Notes under the pieces: generated by a model | Told to the model about the DNA's origin: nothing | What the model saw: only the letters and a program-made list of their open reading frames with translations | Database searches by the model: none | Position numbers and translations under genes: made by a program | Origin: Mobula birostris | Lineage: Eukaryota | Length of the DNA stretch: 64,000 nt | Direction: 5' to 3' | Assembly: GCF_030028105.1 (NCBI RefSeq) | Contig: NC_092370.1 | Coordinates: 80,248,969-80,312,968 of the forward strand | Shown here: one piece after another, positions 38,101 to 47,100 of the stretch | How the letters are laid out: each line of letters starts with the position of its first letter | Numbering within the stretch: position 1 is the first letter of the stretch

Positions 38101-41100
38101 GGGAATGGTAGAGGAGACTGCGGCAAAGTTAAGAACAGAGATGTCCCGGTTGTTATAAGCAGGTGTGACCCCCCCCCCATATGATGAAGCTGATAGGGAG
38201 GTGGATCCTCTAAGAGAACAGATTATACCGAGGTCTGCTAGCAGCCGGTATTGTCTGTTTTAACTGTGGTGAAGAAGGACACCAGGTGGGAGTGTGAACG
38301 ACAGGAAACCCATCGGAGAGGGAGCCCCTGGGTACCTAAGCAGAGAGAGTTGATGGGAAAACTTAAAGGACACGCAGTGGGGGGAATGGCCTGGCGTATC
38401 AGGGGCGGGGGGACACATTCCCAGGAATATATCAAGGAAAACCCTAAAGCAAAGAACCCTATTTCTGAAGGCTTAGTGGGGCCAAGTTCCAGTGTATCGC
38501 TACAGATAGTGTGTTTATGCTAGAGCCATACTTGACACAGGGTCACAGGTCACTTTGCTGTACCATTCATTTTACAATGGGTACTTGATGCATTTACCAT
38601 TCAGTGCACGAGAGATCTGGGGTCTTAGTGCGGGTGATCATCCGTATGATGGTTATTTGTCAGTGAAGCTGGAGTTTTTGGAGGCTAATGTGGGAGTGGC
38701 TGAGGCCCGTATACATTAGCGTCAGTTTGTCTGGATCCCGTTGAGAAGGGTGGCATTTCAATTCTTCTGGGGACCAACACTCCTATTGCGAGTAGGCTCA
38801 TGGGAGCCGGCAGGGAGAAAGATGGAGAGAGCTTCCTGAGGACATTGTCCATTCACCCGGTGTTTCGAGCTGCTTTTGAGGAAGTGCGTGTCTGTGCTGG
38901 GCCAGATAACGAGTTTAGACAAGGGACTGTGTGGTTCACCCAGTCCAAGTCAATCATGTTACGGCCCGGGGAAGTAGCGAGAGTAATGGGAAACTCCAAA
39001 TATCCTGGAATGCCCGAGGGTGAGGCCTGGTTGGTGGATGCTCCGGAAGACCATGAAGAGGAGTCGGGAGTGCCTGCTGGGGTACTGGTGAGACCCAAAC
39101 TGCAGAAGCTCTCTGTTGTACAGGCAAACAGGACGGCAGTGATTGTGAGGAACAGTACAAAGAGGGAGGTCATCTTCAAGCAGGGGATGCCCCTGGCGCA
39201 TTTCTTCCCAGTGACGGTAATGTCTCGTGTCCCTATGAGACAAGCCAGGGAGAAACTAGTGGAAAAAGGGGGAAGGTTGACCGCTGAGTCATTTAACTTC
39301 GGGGACTCCCTGGTTCCTGCGGGTTGGAAGAGGAGGTTGGTAGAGAAGATGCTGAAGCTGGAAGGTATCTTTTCCACTGACAAGTTTGTTCTGGATTGTT
39401 CTAAGAACACTCGTCACACTATCCAGGAGACCGAGGATACCCTGTTCAGAGAGAGGTCGCAACGACTGGCCCCTGCAGAGGTGAAAGACGTTCAGCAGCA
39501 CTTATGAAAGTTGAAGGAAGCTGGGATCATCACCGAGTCCCGAAGCCCCCATGCGTCCCCAATAGTAGTGGCCAGAAAGAAGAATGAGAAGGTACGGATG
39601 TGGGTGTACAGGCGTACTGTCCCTGACCAGTATACTGTCCCGAGGATTGAAGACGCTCTGGCCTGTTTGAGTGGTGTGAAGTGGTTCAGTGTGTTGGACT
39701 TGAGGAGTGGATATTACCAGATCCCCATGAGTGAGGCTGACAAAGAGAAGACGGCATTTATAAGTACACTGGGATTCTTCCAGTTCGAAAGGATGCCCCA
39801 GGGCATATCAGGAGCCCCTGCAACTTTCCAGCGGGTCATGGAGAAAACGGTGGGGGTACTAACTTGCTCAAGGTATTGGTGTATCTGGGTGACCTCATAG
39901 TGTTTGGGTCCACCTTGGAAGAACATGAAGCAAGGCTACTGAAGGTGCTGGGCCGCCTGAAAGCTGAAGGGTTAAAACTGGACAAATGACAGTTTCAGAA
40001 GACGTCTGTTGGCTATGTTGGGCACATAGTTTCCCAGCATGGAGTAGATACAGACCTGTCTAAGATGGATGCAGTGACCACCTGGCCAAGGCCCCAGACT
40101 GTGAGCGATTTGCACTTGTTCTTCGGGTTTTGTGGTTACTCTTGGAGGTTTGTGAAGGGCTACGTGAAAGTTAGTCACCTGTTGAATCAGCTTCTTTGTG
40201 GTTACCTTCCCTGGGGAAGAAAGGGAGGGGGACAAAAGGAGAGGAGAGCAAGGAGTACCTTAGCCCTTCGGAGCCTTTTGGACCAGGGTGGAATGCAAAA
40301 TGTGAAGAGGCCTTTCAGTCGTTGAAGGAGATGCTGACCCAGGTGCCTGTGCTAGCTTTTGCAGACCCCCGAATGCTGTATGTACTGCAAATGGATGCCA
40401 GCAGAGAGGGCTTGGGGGGATGTCCTGTATCAGGATCAGGGCACCAGGTTGAGGCCTGGGGCGTTTGTCAGTTGAAGTCTGTCCCCCTCTGAGAAAAAAC
40501 TATCCCATGCATAAGTTGCAGTTTCTGGCTTTGAAATGGGCTGTGGTGGATAAGCTGAGTGACTACTTTTAAGGTGCCAAGTTTGAGGTGAGGATGGACA
40601 ACAATCCCCTAACTTATATCCTGACCTCGGCAAAATTGGATGTCATAGGCCATCGGTGGCTGGTGGTGTTGTCTGCCTATGATTTCAGCCTGAAATACAG
40701 GCCAGAAAGTAGGAAAATTGATGCTAATGCTTTGTCCCAACATGCACATGAAGGGCTGGATAGGGAAGAGGAGTGGGAAAGCATTCCTGCCCCGGGGGTG
40801 AAAGCCTTGTGACAGTTTGTCATCACTGTGAAGGCAGACAGAAAGCAAGGACAGGATCGAGCAGTAGATCAATTGGGAGCTTCGGATGACGCCATTCCAC
40901 AAGTTTACTGTAACCTGACTGCTCTGAAGCCAAACCAGTTACCAGAATCGAATCCTGGGGAAGTGGTAGCTGCTCAGCGGTATGACCCGGGCATTGGTAC
41001 CATTTGGTCAGCGGTTGAAAAGGAGACTTGGCCCAAGCGGAGAAGACGAAACACGCTGCAGTGCCTCTATTACTGAGAGAATGGCCCAGATTGGAGTTGA

Positions 41101-44100
41101 GGAACTGGATCCTATCTCAGGTCATGTCACCTCCGGACTGACGTCAGTATTCCCAGCTGGTTCTGCCTGAGAAGTATTGGAGGATGGTGTTGAAGTCACT
41201 TCATGATTATTCTGGACATTAGGGGGTTGAAAAAACCTATGGATTGCTCAGAGACCTGTTTTACTGGCCCCAGATAAAGTCAGAGGTCAAAGAATACTGT
41301 AAGTCGTGCATTCAATGCATATGGAGGAAGACGCTGCCTACACGGGCAACTCCCTTGTCCTACTTGCAGAATGCGGGGCCCCTTGACCTGATGTATATGG
41401 ATTTCCCATCAATAGAGCCAGATGCCAGCAACATGGCGAATGTCTTAGTCATCACAGATCACTACACCAGATATGCACAGGCTTTCCCTACCAAGGACCA
41501 GAGGGCGTCCACAGTGGCCAAAGTATTTTGTTTATTATGGCCTCCTCAGGTGGATACATAATGATCAGGGACGGGATTTCGCAAAGAGGCTCATCAATGA
41601 GTTACAGAGCTTGCTCGGAGTCAAGAAGTCAGGGACTACTCCTTGTCACCCGCAGATGATCCCTAGTCCGAGAGGTTCAATTGGACCTTGCTAGACATGC
41701 TCAGAATCTTGGAGATCAGCAAGAAGAGCAAGTGGAGTCAACATATTGGACATCTGGTACACTGTTACGATTGTACACAAAATGAAGCTATCGGGTACTC
41801 GCCATATTATTTGATGTTTGGGCATTAGGTGAGATTGTCTATTGACCTTTGTCTTGGGACTGATGAGGACAACCTACTACGGAAGGTTCATCTGAAGTAT
41901 GTGTCTGATATGAGAAGGGAGCTGAAAAAGGCTTATGAATTAGTTGAGGTTGCGGCTACCAAGCAGAATCAAGGAAATAAGGGGAGGTATGATCAAAAGG
42001 TTTGTGTATTTGGGACAGATGGTCACAGAGGATGGGAAATGTGATACAGAAATTAGACAAAGAATTGAGATTGCAAGATCAATGTTCTGGAGCCTGAGTG
42101 ATGTGCTGTGTGGTGAGAGGTTGGACTTTGGGCTGCGTTATAGAATTTGGAAATGCTACGTCTGGAGCAGTCTGTTGTATGGAGTCAAATCGTGGACCTT
42201 ATGCAAGGAAGTGCAATGACGACTGGAGGCATTTGAAATGTGGTGATTAAGGAGAATGCAGAAAATTAGATGGGTGATGAAGGTCAGTAATATGGAAGTG
42301 TTGAAGACAGTGAGGAGAGAAAAGGAGTTGCTGAAGAATGTGCAGAAAAGGAAGCTGGAATATGCCGGGCACTTGTTAAGAGGTGGTGGACTGCAGAAAT
42401 TGTTATTGGAAGGGATGATAGAAGGAAAGAGGGAAAGAGGAAGGCAGTGAACCACTTGGTACAATAAGGTGAGGCAATGGACTAGGTTGAGTTATGCTGA
42501 GGCCAGAAAAAGAGTACAAGATCCAAGAAGATGGAGGTGCATAGCCACTAACCCTGGATTCGGGACGGCACCCACTGACTGACTGATGATCAAAAGGTTA
42601 GGTTCTCCCAACTCATGCCAGGAGACAGAGTCCTCATATGGAATTTGGGGCTACCTGGTGAGTATAAGTTGGCCAACTGCTGGGTGGCTACCCGCTGTGT
42701 GGTGGAGAGTCAGATACCAAATGTACCAGTTATCCAGGTAAAACCAGAGGATGGGAATGGGCCTGTCAAGATTCTCCATCGGAACCACCTTCTGCCTCTG
42801 GGACAAGAGGTGGGGGTTAACCCAGAGCCCAAACTGGAGCCTACACCTAGTCAGAGGACTCTGCAGTGATGTGGGGAGACTGCAGGACCAACAGCAGGAG
42901 AGATTAGACCGGCCCCCGCCCCTGACTGGGATACTGATTTGGAGGATGAGCACATAGGGGTGCAGTATATGCTGCCTTTTGCTAACTCCCCATTGATTGA
43001 GAAAGAGACTCCCAACCCTTCTCACACAGAGTCGGGTGAAATCGGAGGCCGGGGTGGGGGGGGGAGGGGGGAGGGGTGGAGGCTATCTGTGGACAGACTA
43101 GGTTTCAGCAAGACCCTGCAAGTGATGAAGCGGGGCTCAGCCAAGGGACAGAGGGGTCCAAGTTGCAGGTGGGCACAAGTGATAGGCCAGGGAGGCCTCG
43201 CCAGGTAGACCAGAAGTATCACCAGTAGTGTCGGAACATGAAGAGGTAGATGAGAGGTAACGGAGATCTCAGAGAATTAGGAGACCACCAGATAGGCTGG
43301 CCTATGTAGCACCGGGTGAACAGAGTGTGGCCCCTAGCGCTTTGGGGAGCTATATTACTCCCTTTTACACCTGGGTTGGACTTTGTGTTTTGCAGGAAGG
43401 GTTGGCAAATTATCTCAAGGTCATGAGGATATGACTAAATTTAGTCGGGGGGGGGAAGGGAAGGAGAGTGTAACGCCCCGGGAAAGTTCACTGCTAATCT
43501 GATGGTTTCTCTATGGCAGCAGTGTTTGGGTTATGACGAGAGATAACAGGGACTTTGGAATGTGTGGCATCCAATGAGGGGAGGTTTTTCTTTTGTGTCT
43601 GCCCGAGAGCGAGGGATTCGCGGGCTTCTGTTCAGCAGAAGATGGAGAGAGAAGAGGCCAGAACGGAGAGGTCATAGACTGCAGGACGGAGAGGACTTGG
43701 AATGGAGTCAGGAGTCGAGGATACCCGGGGAAAATTGATGGAGAACGAACGGACAGGAAAATCATGAGCTCCAACATGCAGATTAAACTGTTTCATTAAA
43801 ATGAGCACTTTTTTTTCCCTTTTTGTTTTCTCTACTAACCCTATAGTCAAATTAAGAATTATGAAGCTCTGTCATTTAATTGCATATGGTATACTGTTCA
43901 TTATTTCATGGTTCTGATTTGTAATGGAAAAACATCACGCAGCATCCACGCAAACGAGATTTCACAAGTTTGGCAGGGCCAGATACTATCTTCCCCTTCA
44001 CTATTGCCACCAGCCGAACCTGAGGGTTACAGGGGTATAAGATGATAGAGGCAGAGATTGGGTGGATAGCCAACGCTTTTTTTCCCAGGGCGGAAATAGC

Positions 44101-47100
44101 TAATAAAGAGGACGTAATTTGAAGGTGATTGGAGGAGAATATAGGGAGGATATCAGAGGTAGGTTTGTTTTACACAGAGCGGTGAGAGGAGGAAAGTGTT
44201 ACCAGAGATGGTGGTGGAGGCAGATACATTTGTGACACAAGAGAAAAATGGAGGGTTATGTAGGAGGAAAGGGTTAGATTGATCTTGGAGTAGTTTAAAA
44301 GGTTAGTACAACATCGTGGGTTGAAGGGCTTGTACTGTACTGTTCTATGCTCAGCCTTCAACACAAAGGTTGGTGATGTTGTAGCTAGTGTAGAGGATTG
44401 TCAAAGATTGCAGAGAGACATTGATAGGATGCAGAAGTGGGCTGAGAAGTGGCAGATGGAGTTCAACCCGGAGAAGTGTGAGGTGGTACACTTTGGAAGG
44501 GCAAACTCCAAGGCAGAGTACAAAGTAAATGGCAGGATACTTGGTAGTGTGGAGGAGCAGAGGGATCTCGGGGTACATGTCCACAGATCCCTGAAAGTTG
44601 CCTCACAGGTGGATAGGGTAGTTAAGAAAGCTTATGGGGTGTTAGCTTTCATAAGTCGAGGGATAGAGTTTAAGAGTCGCAAGGTAATGATGCAGCTCTA
44701 TAAAACTCTGGTTAGGCCACACTTGGAGTATTGTGTCCAGTTCTGGTCACCTCACTATAGGAAGGATGTGGAAGCATTGGAAAGGGTACAGAGAAGATTT
44801 ACCAGGATGCTGCCTGGTTTAGAAAGTATGCATTATGATCAGAGATTAAGGGAGCTAGGGCTTTACTCTTTGGAGAGAAGGAGGATGAGAGGAGACATGA
44901 TAGAGGTGTACAAGATAATAAGAGGAATAGATAGAGTGGATAGCCAGCGCCTCTTCCCCAGGGCACAACTGCTCAATACAAGAGGACATGGCTTTAAGGT
45001 AAGGGGTAGGAAGTTCAAGGGGGATATTAGAGGAAGGTTTTTTACTCAGAGAGTGGTTGGTGCGTGGAATGCACTGCCTGAGTCAGTGGTGGAGGCAGAT
45101 ACATTAGTGAAGTTTAAGAGACTACTATACAGGTACATGGAGGAATCTAAGGTGGGGGTTTATATGGGAGGCAGGGTTTGAGGGTCAGCACAACATTGTG
45201 GGCTGAAGGACCTGTACTGTGCTGTACTATTCTATGTTCAAAGTCAAAATCGAGTTTATTGCATATGTACAAGTCTATACTGTACATGCACAGATGCAAT
45301 GAAAAAGAAAACTTACTTCCAGCAGCCTCATGAGCACATAGCATTAGATAGGCAGCATTCACAAGAAAAACAAATTTTAGAGCCCTTTTGCAATAACCCA
45401 CAATTAGCACAAAGCAAAGCAATATCCATTTAGTGTAAAGTGGTCATAGTGTTGCGATTAGGGTTGTGCAGGTTGGTTCAAGAACTGAATAGTTGAAGGG
45501 TTCTTGAAGTAGCTGTTCTTGAGCCTGGTGATGTGGACTTCAGGCTTCTGTACATCATGCTGGATGTTAATTCATTGCCCGGATGGTGGAAATCTTTGTG
45601 TCTTTTTTGAGGCAGTGCTTCCTGTAGATACTATTGCAGTGAGGAGCGGTATACCCATATTATTTTGGGCAGAGTGCACTACTCTCTGCAGCTTCTTGCG
45701 TTCTTTCGCCATTGAAATGCTGGACAGGACCATGATGTTACAAATCAGGATACTTTCAATAGGTGAGTAATATAAACAATGTCAACCAGTTCGGCCAAAT
45801 AGACCTACATCTGACTGTTGTCTTACAGGTGTCAAACAGGCGATAATTGGTGGTATTCAGGCAAATACTGTGAAAACCTTAGTGAACAACAGGATACCGT
45901 TGTAATTGCTGTGACTTCATCTGTAGTCATCTTCCTGGCCATGCTGCTGATCACGCTGTTCACCGCATACTGCATGAGGAAGAAGTATCAGAAGCAAATG
46001 ATCAAGTCTGGCAAAGGAGTCGGTTTAGTCAATGTGAGTATTCAAAACTAATTTGTAAAAAACAAGTTGTGCAGATCCCCCATATTTATTTTTTTTTCTG
46101 TGCAACCATTGGAAGTCAACGTTCACTGGGATGGCATGGTAGTGTGGCAGCTAGAGTAACACTTTACAGCACCAGCAATGAGAACGTACAAACTCCCTGC
46201 AAACAGCGGCAGGAATTGAACCACCATCATTGGTGCTGACTATTATTGACACTAGTTTTATAGGCAAGAAGGATGAACTTAAAGTGTGGATCAATACATT
46301 GATGAATGTTGTGGCCATTACAGAGACTTGGATGACACAGGAGCAGGAATGGCTGCTGAGTATGCCGGGCTTTAGATATTTCAAAAAGGATAGGGAAGGA
46401 GGTAAAAAATGGTGAGGGAGTGGGACTGCTAATTAGGGATAGTATCACGGCTGCAGAAAAGAAGGAAGTCGTGGAGGGATTGTCTACTGAGTCATTGTGG
46501 GTGAAAATCAGAAACAGGAAGGAGCAATAACTCTAATGGGTGTTTTCTCATAGACTCTCCCAGTAGTAACAGAGACATTGAGGAACAGATAGGGAGGCAG
46601 ATCCTAGAACGATACAACAATAATAGGATTGTTGTGATGAGTGATTTTAACTTTCCTAATATTGACAAGTATCTCCTTAGAGCAAGGAGTTTAGATGGGG
46701 TGGAGTTTGTTAGGTGTGTTCAGGAAGGTTTCCTAATGCAATATATAGATAAGCCAACTAGAGGAGAGGCTGTACTTGATCTGGTATTGGGAAATGAACC
46801 TGGTCAGGTGTCAGATCTCTCAGTGGGAGGGCATTTTGGAGGTAGTGATCACAATTCTATCTCCTTTACCATAGTGCTGGAGATGGATAGGAGCAGACAA
46901 GTTAGGAAAGCGTTTAATTGGGGTAGGGGGAAATATGATGCTCTTGGGCAGGAACTTGGGAACATAAATTGGGATCAGATGTTCTCAGGGAAATGCATGG
47001 CAGAAATGTGGCAAATGTTCAGGGAATGTTCTGCATAGGTATGTTCCATTGAGACATGGAAAGGATGGTAGGGTAAAAGAAACATGGTGTACAAAGGATG

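Larger units (their letters stand above)
36479..44031 (+). mobile_element. Full-length decayed Gypsy/Ty3 LTR retrotransposon (PNMA-like gag, PR, RT, RH, IN)
   Basis: 5' LTR 36479-37007 and 3' LTR 43469-44031, both TGTAAC...GTTACA; PBS 37012-37029; PPT 43447-43468; CFNCGEEGH knuckle; ILDTGSQV protease; DLRSGYYQ / [13 protein letters not shown] / YLGD RT; DAS RNase H; HHCC and core integrase; flanks GGAG/GGGG inside a split CR1 fragment. Confidence 0.95.

Noticed and set aside
46034-46051. Read-through C-terminus VSIQN-stop shown in the ORF track
   Set aside because: A strong GTGAGT donor at 46034 and a suitable terminal exon with poly(A) signals at 49714 make splicing more likely; cannot be excluded without RNA data.
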